Origin: Candidatus Hadarchaeota archaeon
GTDB taxonomy: Archaea; Hadarchaeota; Hadarchaeia; Hadarchaeales; JAGGTB01
Direction: 5' to 3'
Length of the DNA: 64,000 nt
NCBI GenBank assembly: GCA_964384105.1
Contig: CAYLJV010000003.1
Span: 150,307 to 214,306, forward strand
The notes beneath the pieces are model-generated. The model had not been told where the DNA came from and ran no database searches. It saw only the letters and a program-made list of their open reading frames with translations. Shown here one piece after another: positions 19,628-30,947 of the stretch. The translations under genes and the position numbers were made by a program. The first letter of the stretch is position 1; each line of letters starts with the position of its first letter.

Positions 19628-21028
19628 TTAGTTTAGGTTCTCATTTTCCAGAAATTTGTCTATTTTTTTAATAAATTCATCTTTTCTTTCTAGGGATATC
19701 CTTGCTGCTGCCGCAACATCATGACCTCCGCCACATCCTCCCAGTTCTTTAGAAACTTCTCTCATGGCTGCACCTATATTCCCCCCACTTTTTGAGTATT
19801 CTGAAGGAGCTCTTGCAGAGATTTTAAGCCGTTTTCCCTCTAAATTTACCAGACCTAACACAGGTCGATCGTATTTGATTAATCCTGATTCAAGCGCTAT
19901 TGAAAGAGCTTCACTAAGCATGTTAACATCAATTTCGTCTTTTACGTAGATATACCTCATTTGTTCTGTGATTTTAATTCTTTTTTTATTAGAATTGAAC
20001 CAGCTGACTGCTTCGATCATTCTTTCTTTATATCTACCAAGGATTTTCTTGGCTTCTTCTTTGGAGCTTTTATCCCCCAACAGGGCGGAAAATCCTACTT
20101 CTGCTTTATTTAATTTTTCACAGGCGTCCAAAATGGTTACATATTCGTGAATTGTTGAAGGTCCATTTTCTTCGGGTAGGATGTAGACTTTTCCCCAAAG
20201 CGTTTGTTTTAACTTTTCCGTTGGTTCTACTTCTATTTCTTTAAGGATTTTTTCACTAATTTTTTTCTCATCCTCTAGACCAAGTTCTTCGAGGGAACTA
20301 TTAGGATCAATTCCTAAATCTTTGATTATATTATTTGCTGCTTTTTCGTTTCCAGATAGTCCTGTTAGAAAAGGGCGTACTGAACGACTGATTGATTTGG
20401 GAATTGGGAGTTTACGTTCGTCTAGTTTGAGTCCGTCTCTAGACGACACGATGTTATTCTCAATTGCAATCTGAGCGATATATTTGTTTACTCCGGTGAA
20501 TCCAGAGGGGAGTTCCTGCCGGTCTCCAGTAGCCCCGATTAAGGCTAACTTACAGTAGGGTTTGAATCGATCGTTAATCTTTTCCACTACCGAATATACT
20601 ACTCCGGCTGCGCTGACGTCCTTGGCTCCATTTAAATCAAATTCATGAGGATTTAGAAAAGTGAGTCCGGGCCTTTTCTCTATTTTCCCAGGGTGATGAT
20701 CTAAAACTAAGGCTTCGTGGTTGTTCTCGAGTAGATGTTTTTCTATGTATGAAAATTGTTCTGAGCCTTGATCAATAAAAACGAAAAGATCGTAATCTTG
20801 GTTTCCCAGTTTTTCTATGTCTTTTTCCTCTGGTGGTCCTCTAAATGAGATATGAAAAGGGACATCGTAATGACTCATGCACATTGCGAATATACTTCCC
20901 GCAGTGAGTCCGTCGGGATCTGTATCTGTATTTATTCTTATTTTGTTACTTCCGTCTAGTTTGGATTTTAGAAAGGAAGATATTTCATGAGCGGCTTTTT
21001 GAAATCTTTCTACTTCTGTGTCCGTCAA
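19628..21028 (-). CDS. RecJ-like DHH exonuclease (rps15-linked family)
   Basis: DPDGL, FIDQGS, LDHH, LNPH, GATGDRQ, GGGHDVAAAA. Confidence 0.9.
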   Translation of the reverse strand: MTDTEVERFQKAAHEISSFLKSKLDGSNKIRINTDTDPDGLTAGSIFAMCMSHYDVPFHISFRGPPEEKDIEKLGNQDYDLFVFIDQGSEQFSYIEKHLLENNHEALVLDHHPGKIEKRPGLTFLNPHEFDLNGAKDVSAAGVVYSVVEKINDRFKPYCKLALIGATGDRQELPSGFTGVNKYIAQIAIENNIVSSRDGLKLDERKLPIPKSISRSVRPFLTGLSGNEKAANNIIKDLGIDPNSSLEELGLEDEKKISEKILKEIEVEPTEKLKQTLWGKVYILPEENGPSTIHEYVTILDACEKLNKAEVGFSALLGDKSSKEEAKKILGRYKERMIEAVSWFNSNKKRIKITEQMRYIYVKDEIDVNMLSEALSIALESGLIKYDRPVLGLVNLEGKRLKISARAPSEYSKSGGNIGAAMREVSKELGGCGGGHDVAAAARISLERKDEFIKKIDKFLENENLN

Positions 21029-21039
21029 TTTAACCGCTC

Positions 21040-21444
21040 CTAGCCTCGAACTAGAAGAGCAGCTTTTTCTGGATCATATCTCCAATCGGCTGGTAATCGG
21101 CCTTTTCTCCTATAATATTTGGTCAATTTATGGATTCTAGATTCCAACGTTTTTAGAGTTCTTTTCGAAACTAGGTCTTTTTTGTTCTTTTCTAAATGGT
21201 TTCTTAGTTTTACTGCTTTTTTCATCAGATTTCTTAACTCTTCGGGGATATTGGGGGCTGCTTCATGTTCTTCAAGTATCTCTAAGATACTTTTATCCAA
21301 AATCTCGTTAACGTTGGGAACTCCGTACTGGTCTCTTAATATAGTACCTATTTCACTAGGCGAATTTTCCTTTTCTCGTAGCTCTATTACCAAGTTTTCA
21401 ATTTCTTCAGGGCTTTTATTGATCCATTCTGGTGCTTTGTTCAT
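21040..21444 (-). CDS. rps15: 30S ribosomal protein S15 (uS15), short N-terminus
   Basis: SPSEIGTILRDQYGVP, ESRIHKLTKYY; start at the ATG after GGTGAT. The track's longer start overlaps rdgB. Confidence 0.95.
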   Translation of the reverse strand: MNKAPEWINKSPEEIENLVIELREKENSPSEIGTILRDQYGVPNVNEILDKSILEILEEHEAAPNIPEELRNLMKKAVKLRNHLEKNKKDLVSKRTLKTLESRIHKLTKYYRRKGRLPADWRYDPEKAALLVRG

Positions 21445-21454
21445 CTGATCACCT

Positions 21455-22014
21455 TTAGTCTTTTTTATTTCGTACGTACCACTTAACAAGTTTTTCGATT
21501 GCTTTACCTCTGTGCGAATAACTATTTTTAGTTTCTGTTGGCATTTCGGCAAACGTTCTTTTCTCACCATCGGGTATAAAGATTGGATCGAATCCAAAGC
21601 CTTTGGAGCCTCGAATTTCTGGCGATATTTTTCCTGTTACTTTTCCTTCGAATATTTTGAGTTTATTGTTTGGTTCCGTGTACCCAATTACGGATTTAAA
21701 TTCAGCTTTCCTGCTTTCCAAGTTATTCATGAGATCTATTATCCCTCTGTTTCCTATAGTCTTGAAGACGTAGGCCGAATAAGGACCGGGAAATTCATTT
21801 AAACTATTGATAAATAGTCCTGCATCTTCCAAAAAACAGGGTTTTTCTTTCGATTTGACGACTTGCTTTACACTATACTTGACTACCTCTTCTAGATTAT
21901 CTGCTTGGATTTCAATATAACTTGTATCAAAATGTTCTAAATTTATTCCATTCTTTTCAGCAATTTTTTCGGCCTCTTCGAACTTGTTCTTATTGCTTGT
22001 TACAAAGACTAAAC

Positions 22015-22018
<4 letters not shown>
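21455..22018 (-). CDS. rdgB: Non-canonical purine NTP pyrophosphatase (XTP/dITPase)
   Basis: FVTSNKNK, EDAGL, FPGPYS, GFGFDPIF, SHRGKA. Confidence 0.95.
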
Positions 22019-23693
<1,675 letters not shown>

Positions 23694-23876
23694 TTATTTT
23701 TGAAATGAAATAGTTTCCCCCGTTATCTATTAATTTATGGAAGTTGTGTGTACTCTCGACAGCGACGAGTTAAAACGGGATTTATAAACTATGAGTATTA
23801 ATGAATAGCAAGGTATTGGTAAAGTCAAAACATCAGAACGAAATCTATAAAATTGGTTGTGAATAAGGGAAAGATA

Positions 23877-24431
23877 ATGTTCAAGTTAGTAAAAATTAAA
23901 GATACTGTTAGTGTGCCGCCCAATAGGTTTGAGGAAGACCGAAAAAAAGTTGTTTTAGATATATTAAGAGAGAGTTACGAAGGATCGACAGATAAAGATC
24001 TGGGTGTCGTTGTCTGTGTCACTGAAGTTGAAGAAGTGGGAAAAGGAAAAGTCGTGATGGGTGATGCGTCGAGCTACCACGATGTAACTTTCACTGCTCT
24101 TATATATGAACCGACACTACACGAAATTACACCAGGTGAAGTAGTCGAAATTGTAGACTTTGGTGCGTTTGTGAGAATTGGCCCTATAGATGCTCTAGCT
24201 CACGTTTCTCAAATAACCGATGATTACATAAGCCACGACAGCAAGAAAGCTGCTCTTATAGGAAAGGAAACTAACCGGAAACTAAAAGAAGGAGACAAAG
24301 TGAGAGCGAGAATTGTCTCGATAAGTATGGCGAAAGGGAAACGAGAAAAAATTGGATTGACTATGAGACAACCGGGTCTAGGGAAGTTTGAGTGGATTAA
24401 GAAAGAAAGAATGAAAGAGAAAGGTGAATAG
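23877..24431 (+). CDS. rpoE: RNA polymerase subunit E' (Rpo7)
   Basis: FGAFVRIGPIDALAHVSQITDD, KIGLTMRQPGLGK. Confidence 0.97.
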   Translation: MFKLVKIKDTVSVPPNRFEEDRKKVVLDILRESYEGSTDKDLGVVVCVTEVEEVGKGKVVMGDASSYHDVTFTALIYEPTLHEITPGEVVEIVDFGAFVRIGPIDALAHVSQITDDYISHDSKKAALIGKETNRKLKEGDKVRARIVSISMAKGKREKIGLTMRQPGLGKFEWIKKERMKEKGE

Positions 24432-24617
24432 ATGGCTGATAAAGTTTGTAAAAACTGTCATAGGATCGTTGAAGGTGAAGTTTGCCCGATCTGCAACGAG
24501 TCAAAATTTTCTAGAGATTGGCGTGGTTACGTTATAATTATTGATCCAGAAGGCTCTAAAATTGCCGAAAAGATGAATGTAGATACCCCTGGACGTTATG
24601 CGTTAAGGGTGCGCTGA
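24432..24617 (+). CDS. spt4: Transcription elongation factor Spt4 (RpoE'')
   Basis: CKNCH..CPIC, WRGYVIIIDPEGSKIA, PGRYALRVR. Confidence 0.97.
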   Translation: MADKVCKNCHRIVEGEVCPICNESKFSRDWRGYVIIIDPEGSKIAEKMNVDTPGRYALRVR

Positions 24618-24619
24618 TT

Positions 24620-25120
24620 TTGAAATTACCTGATGATAAAAGAGATAGACTTAAGGATCCTAAAGGAAAACTTTTTAGAAATTCAGAGAAGGCCTTCAAT
24701 CTGGTTAAATCGATTCAGTACTCCGAGTTGATTACTGTTGGAGATAAGGTTTCTGCAGATTTTCTTAGAAGAGGATTCAAACCTGATGTGGTTATTGTAG
24801 ATTATACTATTCGTAGATCTCCTGCAAAGAATGGTATCAAGCAGACTATAGATGACTATGAAGTAAATGAGGTAAAGGTGGACAATCCACCTGGGCATCT
24901 TACTGAAGAGCTGATAGGTGCAATAAAGGGAGCAAAAACTCCGGTTAAGATTATAGTAAATGGTGAGGAAGACTTAGCGGCTGTACCTGCTGTACTTAAT
25001 GCTCCGGAGGGTTCTGTGCTAGTTTATGGTCAGCCGAGAGAGGGAATTGTTGTGGTTCAGATTTCAAGAAAGAAAAAGAAGGAATTTGAAGAATTGCTTA
25101 ATCTATTTGAAGAAGAGTAG
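24620..25120 (+). CDS. GTP-dependent dephospho-CoA kinase (DUF359)
   Basis: TVGDKVS, NPPG, GEEDLAAVP, YGQPREG. Confidence 0.9.
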   Translation: MKLPDDKRDRLKDPKGKLFRNSEKAFNLVKSIQYSELITVGDKVSADFLRRGFKPDVVIVDYTIRRSPAKNGIKQTIDDYEVNEVKVDNPPGHLTEELIGAIKGAKTPVKIIVNGEEDLAAVPAVLNAPEGSVLVYGQPREGIVVVQISRKKKKEFEELLNLFEEE

Positions 25121-25129
25121 TTATAGAAT

Positions 25130-26041
25130 TTACTTTAAATAGACTTCTGGCCATTTGTTGTCTCGATATAGACCTGAGTTATATAGTATATTTTCGAAAG
25201 TTCCGGGCCTTGGCGTTTCTATTTCGATTATTTCGGCTTTTTCCCTATCAATTCCCGCAAGTTTTGAAGCGAGTCTTACGCTATTCTCGAAGTCTCCAAG
25301 TTCATTTACTAGACCTAAGTGATACGCTTCTGTTCCATTGAACCATCCACCCTCTGAAAAGACATAGAGTGGATTTTCGATGTTTTCTTGTATCTTTTCC
25401 GTGTCTGGCTTTTCAAGGGGTGCTTCATCGTAAACTATATTCTGGAAGGTTTTTTCTATTTCATCGACTTTTGATTTTAGAAATGACCTTTCAACGTTAT
25501 CCAGAATGCCGTCTTCCCATAGAGTTTTCAGTTTACCTGATGATATAGCTTCGATCATCTCTGCGTTCTCAAAATTTACCGGAACAGGTCTTTCTAGTTC
25601 TATATATACTCCTACTCCACCTACTTCTGAGAATGGATGTACTACGATATTGTCTGTCCCCAGTGAAGCTAAGTACGATCCGGAGGCTATTATTCCCCGT
25701 CCGTAGGACACTATGGGTTTTTCGAATCTTTTGATCATAGAGTACATTTCGTAGGAAGCTGTTGCAGATCCTCCTGGCGAGTCTATCCTGAGAATAACGG
25801 CTTTAACTTGACTATCTAAACGGGCCTTCTCTAAGGATCTTTCAAGTTCCCCCGTGGAAGTTCCGATTGTTGAGGATTCTCCCGATAGAAGAGGTCCTTG
25901 AATATCTATGACTCCTATGTAATTGGATACACTCTTTATTTTCTTTTCATCTGGAGATACTAGGATGGTTGTAGATAGTGCTGCTGCCGCCGCAATACCA
26001 GCGATAAAAATTAATATGAATAACTTTTCTTCTTTCATCAT
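25130..26041 (-). CDS. sppA: S49 family signal-peptide peptidase (SppA, short form)
   Basis: N-terminal TM; LRIDSPGGS, IASGSYLAS, SGKLK, GLVNELG. Confidence 0.85.
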   Translation of the reverse strand: MMKEEKLFILIFIAGIAAAAALSTTILVSPDEKKIKSVSNYIGVIDIQGPLLSGESSTIGTSTGELERSLEKARLDSQVKAVILRIDSPGGSATASYEMYSMIKRFEKPIVSYGRGIIASGSYLASLGTDNIVVHPFSEVGGVGVYIELERPVPVNFENAEMIEAISSGKLKTLWEDGILDNVERSFLKSKVDEIEKTFQNIVYDEAPLEKPDTEKIQENIENPLYVFSEGGWFNGTEAYHLGLVNELGDFENSVRLASKLAGIDREKAEIIEIETPRPGTFENILYNSGLYRDNKWPEVYLK

Positions 26042-26146
26042 TACTAGTATACCTTTTGGAAGACTTTAAAAAGTGTTGAGGATTTTATTTGTCTCCATAA
26101 GGATAATTTTATTAAAAAACATTTTGAATGTGTTCTGGGATTCAAC

Positions 26147-26800
26147 ATGAAAGTGAAAATAACCGAAAAAAATCAGAATCCGCTAATGGATAGGCAAGAG
26201 ATAAAGTTTGAGGCCGAGCACAGAAATGCACCCACTCCATCTAGGTCCCAAGTACTAGACGAGATAGCTTCAGAACTTGGTGTTTCCGAAGAGTTAATCG
26301 TGATAGAAAAGCTAGCAACTCCCCATGGTCTTCACAGAGCTTATGGAATCGCTAGGGTATATGATTCGCTGGATACTTTGAAGGAGTTTGAGTCATCTCA
26401 TTATCTGAAAAGGACAGAGATTTCTAAAGAAAAACTAGCAGAGACAGAAGCTCCAGAGCCTGAAGAAGAGGAGCCCGGAGAGACAGAGGGTGAAGTAAAG
26501 GAGTCTGAGTCGGAGGAAGTCGAAGGGAAAACAGAAGAAGAGGAAGAGGTAGAAGAAGTTGTTGACGAGGAGGTCCCTGAAGAAGCTCCGAAAGAGGAAG
26601 AACAGGAAGTTTCTGAAGAATCTCCAATTCAGGAAGAAGTGGATTATCAAGAATTAGCTGATCAGAACATCTCTGATATAAAGAAGAAGTCGGAGGAAAT
26701 TGAATTAGATTACAAGAAATTGCTAGAAGTCGAAAAAGAGAATAAAGATAGGAAGACTCTCAAAGACTGGTTAGAAACGAGGATCGAGGAGGAAAAGTAG
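26147..26800 (+). CDS. rps24e: 30S ribosomal protein S24e with acidic linker and extra C-terminal domain
   Basis: NPLMDRQEI, APTPSR, GIARVYDS in the first ~95 aa, then an Glu-rich linker and a ~50 aa helical domain. Confidence 0.93.
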   Translation: MKVKITEKNQNPLMDRQEIKFEAEHRNAPTPSRSQVLDEIASELGVSEELIVIEKLATPHGLHRAYGIARVYDSLDTLKEFESSHYLKRTEISKEKLAETEAPEPEEEEPGETEGEVKESESEEVEGKTEEEEEVEEVVDEEVPEEAPKEEEQEVSEESPIQEEVDYQELADQNISDIKKKSEEIELDYKKLLEVEKENKDRKTLKDWLETRIEEEK

Positions 26801-27070
26801 ATGCCAGAAGAGATAGATCTGGAAGAGATGGAAGAGGAGCCTGTTGAAGAAAAGAAAGAAAAGAAGAAACCTAAAAAGAGTACCGAAGCAACGACTAGAG
26901 AGAGAACGAGAAGTAAAAAATATGAGCTTTATGAATTGGAAGGCGAGGACCTCAAACGTTTGAATAAAGCTTGTCCCCGATGTGGCCCAGGAATATTTAT
27001 GGCCAATCATGGGGATCGACTCGCTTGCGGGAAATGCGGATATACGGAATTTAAGAAGAAATCAGCTTAG
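26801..27070 (+). CDS. rps27ae: 30S ribosomal protein S27ae (eS31) with charged N-terminal extension
   Basis: [27 protein letters not shown]. Confidence 0.97.
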   Translation: MPEEIDLEEMEEEPVEEKKEKKKPKKSTEATTRERTRSKKYELYELEGEDLKRLNKACPRCGPGIFMANHGDRLACGKCGYTEFKKKSA

Positions 27071-27086
27071 ATAGCTCAAGGCTTTG

Positions 27087-27110
27087 AAGCGGTCATAACG
27101 CTTTATTTCT
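27087..27110 (+). terminator. Hairpin plus T-rich tract after rps27ae
   Basis: AAGCG-GTCATAA-CGCTT followed by TATTTCT, between convergent genes. Confidence 0.4.
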
Positions 27111-27131
27111 GCGCTATTGGCTTTAGAGGCG

Positions 27132-28451
27132 TTAGTTTTGGAGCTTAGCACTTAGGAAGGATTTAATACTTTCTTTTAATGTTTCATTTTTACTTTTTAA
27201 CTTAGTTTCAATTTCAGATAATTCCGTTCTTTTTTCTTCGATTTCTTTTTCTATTTTTTCTCTTTCCGACTTTTCGGTCTCTAGTTCTGTTTCCAATTTG
27301 TTTTTCTTTTCTAGTAGAGATGATGATTCTTGCTCTTTTTTCAATTTTTTTCTTTCTTTATCGATATTATGGTATTTTTCTTTCAATCCTTCGAGTTTTT
27401 TACTTTCTAATATTTCTCTGACTTCATCTAATCTCTTTTTTCTTTCTTTGTTGCTTAGTTTCATTTTTTCCTCTAATAGCCCTTCTAATTCTTTGAGTAA
27501 AGCAGTGAGTTTGGGTAAACCTTCCGATTCAGAGATTATTGTCTCAGCGGGATTGTTGAGATATGAGTCGATAGCCTCTAAAATTTCTCTATTAACCATA
27601 TGATCCTTTCTTTCGACCATTTTGTCCATTTTCCTTAATGGTCTATCGAAATCAGAAATTATTGAGTCCATTCTTTTCAGTATTTTTTTCTTCTTCTTTG
27701 TAAGGTCCTTTTTCTTTTTTTCTATACCCTCTAATTCCTCGTATCTATCGCTTCTTTTCAGACTTCCTAGAGACTCTTTGTTTCTTTCAATATTTTTCCT
27801 TAATTTTTCCTTCTTTTTTTCAATCCTGTCTAGCTTCTCTTCTAAATTTGACTTTTCGGATACGAGTTTTTTCCTTTCGGATATTTCATCGAGAAAGTCA
27901 TTTAGATTCTCCAATTCATGGTTTTTTTCTCTAAGCAAAGAATTAAGTTCTCTTGAAAGTGTTTGGAGCTGGTTCATTATTGTCCTAAGTCTTTGTACTT
28001 CTTTTTCAAATACCATCCCGACTTGGTTACCGTGTGACACGATTGCATTTTTTAGCAAGTTATTTGTGTCTTGAAGAGATCGGTTGAAATGGAGTAGTTC
28101 TTCCCATTCCGGATCTGAGGGAGTATTTAAGTCATTAGAAGCTTTACCAACTTTCTTGACAAGAAGTTTCTGTGCTTCGCTCACGGATTTGTAGAGATTA
28201 GGGTGTATCTCTTCTCTAGGTTCGGCATCAGATAGGTTCTCGATAAGCTCATCTATTTTTCTTTGAATGTTTGATAAGTCTTCGAATATTTGTTCAACGT
28301 TCTTTTTGGTTTCTTTTATGATTTTTCTCTTTTTTTCTTTTATTTTACTCTCTGCTTCATCTATTGTTATTTTTTCAGAGGTCTTTGGTTTCTCTTCTTC
28401 TTTTTCTTTGCTTTCCCCTGTTAGGATATCTCTAATTTTTTTGAAGACCAT
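27132..28451 (-). CDS. Long coiled-coil hypothetical protein
   Basis: 439 aa K/E-rich heptads; no Walker motifs; N-terminal amphipathic MVFKKIRDILTG. Confidence 0.8.
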   Translation of the reverse strand: MVFKKIRDILTGESKEKEEEKPKTSEKITIDEAESKIKEKKRKIIKETKKNVEQIFEDLSNIQRKIDELIENLSDAEPREEIHPNLYKSVSEAQKLLVKKVGKASNDLNTPSDPEWEELLHFNRSLQDTNNLLKNAIVSHGNQVGMVFEKEVQRLRTIMNQLQTLSRELNSLLREKNHELENLNDFLDEISERKKLVSEKSNLEEKLDRIEKKKEKLRKNIERNKESLGSLKRSDRYEELEGIEKKKKDLTKKKKKILKRMDSIISDFDRPLRKMDKMVERKDHMVNREILEAIDSYLNNPAETIISESEGLPKLTALLKELEGLLEEKMKLSNKERKKRLDEVREILESKKLEGLKEKYHNIDKERKKLKKEQESSSLLEKKNKLETELETEKSEREKIEKEIEEKRTELSEIETKLKSKNETLKESIKSFLSAKLQN

Positions 28452-28488
28452 ACTGCTTCTTAATTAAATAAATAAATTAATAAAATGG

Positions 28489-28507
28489 ACCGGTTGAAAC
28501 AACCGGT
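28489..28507 (-). terminator. Stem-loop after hppA
   Basis: ACCGGTTG-AAA-CAACCGGT perfect inverted repeat 7 nt past the hppA stop, followed by T-rich sequence on the minus strand. Confidence 0.65.
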
Positions 28508-28514
28508 TTTTTGT

Positions 28515-30527
28515 TTATGCGAACAGTGGCACGAATAGCAGCGATACCATCGACATGAGTTTGATTAGGATGTTCAATGCTGGCCCTGAGGTGTCCTTGA
28601 ATGGATCTCCTACCGTGTCTCCGGTTACGGCGGCGGCGTGAGCCTCACTTCCTTTACCTCCGAGATGTCCCTCTTCTATGTATTTTTTAGCGTTATCCCA
28701 TGCACCACCCGAGTTCGCTAGAGTTATTGCCATTAGAAGCCCGGTTACGATCGCTCCTGCTAGTAGCCCACCTAGAACCTGAACGCTCCACAGGCCTACC
28801 ACGATGGGAGTGATTACAGCTATTCCACCGGGTAAAATCATATTTCTTATACCCGCGTTTGTACTGATTTCAACACATTTTTCGTATTCAGGTTCGGATT
28901 CTCCCTTTAGAATTCCAGGGATCTGTTCGAACTGCCTTCTGACTTCTTGAACCATGGCGTATGCGCCCTTTCCGACGGCTGACATTGTTAAAGCCGAGAA
29001 TATGAATGTTAGTAAACCACCAATGAACATGCCAATCATAACTTGTGGCTCGTTAATGCTAAGTTGAGCTGCACTTATACCAACGTTTGATATGTAAGCT
29101 GAGAATAGCGCTATTGCGGTTAAAGCGGCGGATCCTATCGCAAATCCTTTCCCTATAGCCGCGGTAGTGTTTCCGACAGCATCTAGTCTTTCTGCTCTTT
29201 CTCTAACTTCTTGTCCCATTCCACCCATTTCAGCAATCCCTGCAGCGTTATCATTTACAGGTCCGTAGGTATCAGTGGCTAGAGTTATACCGAGTGTGCT
29301 TAGCATCCCTACGGCAGCTATTGGAATTCCGTATAATCCGGCAAATTCATAAGAGAGGCCAATTGCTACACAAACTGAGATTACGGGAAATAGAGTACTA
29401 TTGAGTCCTGTTGCGAATCCTCTTACAATGGTGGTAGCGGGTCCTGTCTTTGATGCCTCGGCTATAGACTGAGTTGGACCGAATCTACTTTCTGTGTAAT
29501 ATTCGCAAGCGAGACCTATTGCAATTCCGGCACCGAGTCCGGCGACCATGGCGTAAAATGGCTCTATAACGCCAAGGAAATAATCTGTGAGGAAGTAGCC
29601 AAATATTATCATAATTATTGCGCTTCCGAATACCCCTTTATTAAGCGCATTGTGTAGATCTCCTATTTCGGAGCCTTTACCAGGTCTTACAAACCCTGTT
29701 GCGATCATTGAAGCAAATATTCCAAAGGCAGCTAGAAGAAGTGGATAAAGTACGGCATCTCCTCCCGATATTGAAGAACCGGCTATAGTTATACCCCCGA
29801 CACCAATTGCAATCGCAGAGATTATTGACCCTGCGTAGGATTCGAAAAGGTCTGCCCCCATTCCTGCGACGTCTCCAACATTGTCTCCAACATTATCGGC
29901 GATGGTGGCCGGATTTCTCGGATCGTCCTCGGGAATCTTCTCTTCTACTTTACCAACCAAGTCAGCACCCATGTCGGCTGCTTTTGTATAGATTCCCCCA
30001 CCCACTCTAGCGAAGAGAGCTATTGAACTAGCACCGAATCCGAAACCCACTAGTACGCCTGGATCGGGTGCAAAACGATAGACAACTGTGAGACCTACTA
30101 GAGCTAAACCGACAACGGTCATTCCCATCACGGTTCCGCTTGAGAAGCCTATTTTTAGGCCCTTTCCTATATCTTTAGATGCTCCAACTGCTGCTCGTGA
30201 ATTTGATTTTGTTGCTATTCTCATTCCTATATTTCCAGCTAGAGCAGAACAAATGGCCCCTCCTATGAAAGCTAATGCCGCTTTATCTGGAATACTCGTC
30301 ACGTAAATTATTATGGCCATTATAACTACGAAAACCGTCAAGGGTTTGTATTCACTGTTCAGAAAAGTCATGGCACCTTTATAGATGGTGTCTGACAATC
30401 CACTGACTTTTTCGTTTCCACGCGGTTGTTTTAGAATCCAGAATGCAACGATGCCAGCGAATATAAGAGCTATGATACCAACGATTGTCACAAAACCGAG
30501 AGTTAGTATCGTTTCTAAACCTGTCAT
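28515..30527 (-). CDS. hppA: Membrane-integral pyrophosphatase, K+-dependent, probably Na+-translocating
   Basis: [28 protein letters not shown] (Ala indicates K+-dependent), [14 protein letters not shown]. Confidence 0.95.
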   Translation of the reverse strand: MTGLETILTLGFVTIVGIIALIFAGIVAFWILKQPRGNEKVSGLSDTIYKGAMTFLNSEYKPLTVFVVIMAIIIYVTSIPDKAALAFIGGAICSALAGNIGMRIATKSNSRAAVGASKDIGKGLKIGFSSGTVMGMTVVGLALVGLTVVYRFAPDPGVLVGFGFGASSIALFARVGGGIYTKAADMGADLVGKVEEKIPEDDPRNPATIADNVGDNVGDVAGMGADLFESYAGSIISAIAIGVGGITIAGSSISGGDAVLYPLLLAAFGIFASMIATGFVRPGKGSEIGDLHNALNKGVFGSAIIMIIFGYFLTDYFLGVIEPFYAMVAGLGAGIAIGLACEYYTESRFGPTQSIAEASKTGPATTIVRGFATGLNSTLFPVISVCVAIGLSYEFAGLYGIPIAAVGMLSTLGITLATDTYGPVNDNAAGIAEMGGMGQEVRERAERLDAVGNTTAAIGKGFAIGSAALTAIALFSAYISNVGISAAQLSINEPQVMIGMFIGGLLTFIFSALTMSAVGKGAYAMVQEVRRQFEQIPGILKGESEPEYEKCVEISTNAGIRNMILPGGIAVITPIVVGLWSVQVLGGLLAGAIVTGLLMAITLANSGGAWDNAKKYIEEGHLGGKGSEAHAAAVTGDTVGDPFKDTSGPALNILIKLMSMVSLLFVPLFA

Positions 30528-30544
30528 ATTTCTCCCTTTTTGAT

Positions 30545-30934
30545 CTAAATCTTACCGTCTATGCACAGATGGGACCTTTGTCGTAAAAATATTACGGGTA
30601 CTCCCATGTTTCTTAGTCTTTTTCTTAAGTTTGAGTCATACGTTGCTACTGCACATTCCATTTTTTTGGCTAATCTGATGATTTCTTCATCTCCAGATTT
30701 TTCCGATGGTATTTTTTCAATTTTTTTAGATAATTCAAGACCGATTTTAGCTGCTTTTTTTTCTGAGGAGGTTCCGTTTTCCTTTAGATATTTTAATTCC
30801 TCTTGAACTGCTTCGGGTATTACTAGTTTGTATTTTCTATCTATTATTCTGTCAAATTCGCGAAATATGTCCACCTTATGGTTTTCGGGAATCATCAAAA
30901 AATTAGTATCTAGTATTATACAGATTTCTTGCAT
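30545..30934 (-). CDS. PIN-domain protein (Fcf1/Utp23-like)
   Basis: LDTNFLMIP, GDEEII, VATYDSNLRKRL; canonical position after eif2g. Confidence 0.9.
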   Translation of the reverse strand: MQEICIILDTNFLMIPENHKVDIFREFDRIIDRKYKLVIPEAVQEELKYLKENGTSSEKKAAKIGLELSKKIEKIPSEKSGDEEIIRLAKKMECAVATYDSNLRKRLRNMGVPVIFLRQRSHLCIDGKI

Positions 30935-30947
30935 TTGAAAGCCCAAA

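Noticed and set aside
21445-21597. 51-aa N-terminal extension of S15 in the ORF track
   Set aside because: It overlaps the rdgB coding region; the SD supports ATG at 21444.
26440-26640. GAA/GAG-rich low-complexity tract as a possible repeat array
   Set aside because: It encodes the Glu-rich linker; there is no repeat-spacer periodicity, so it is not CRISPR.
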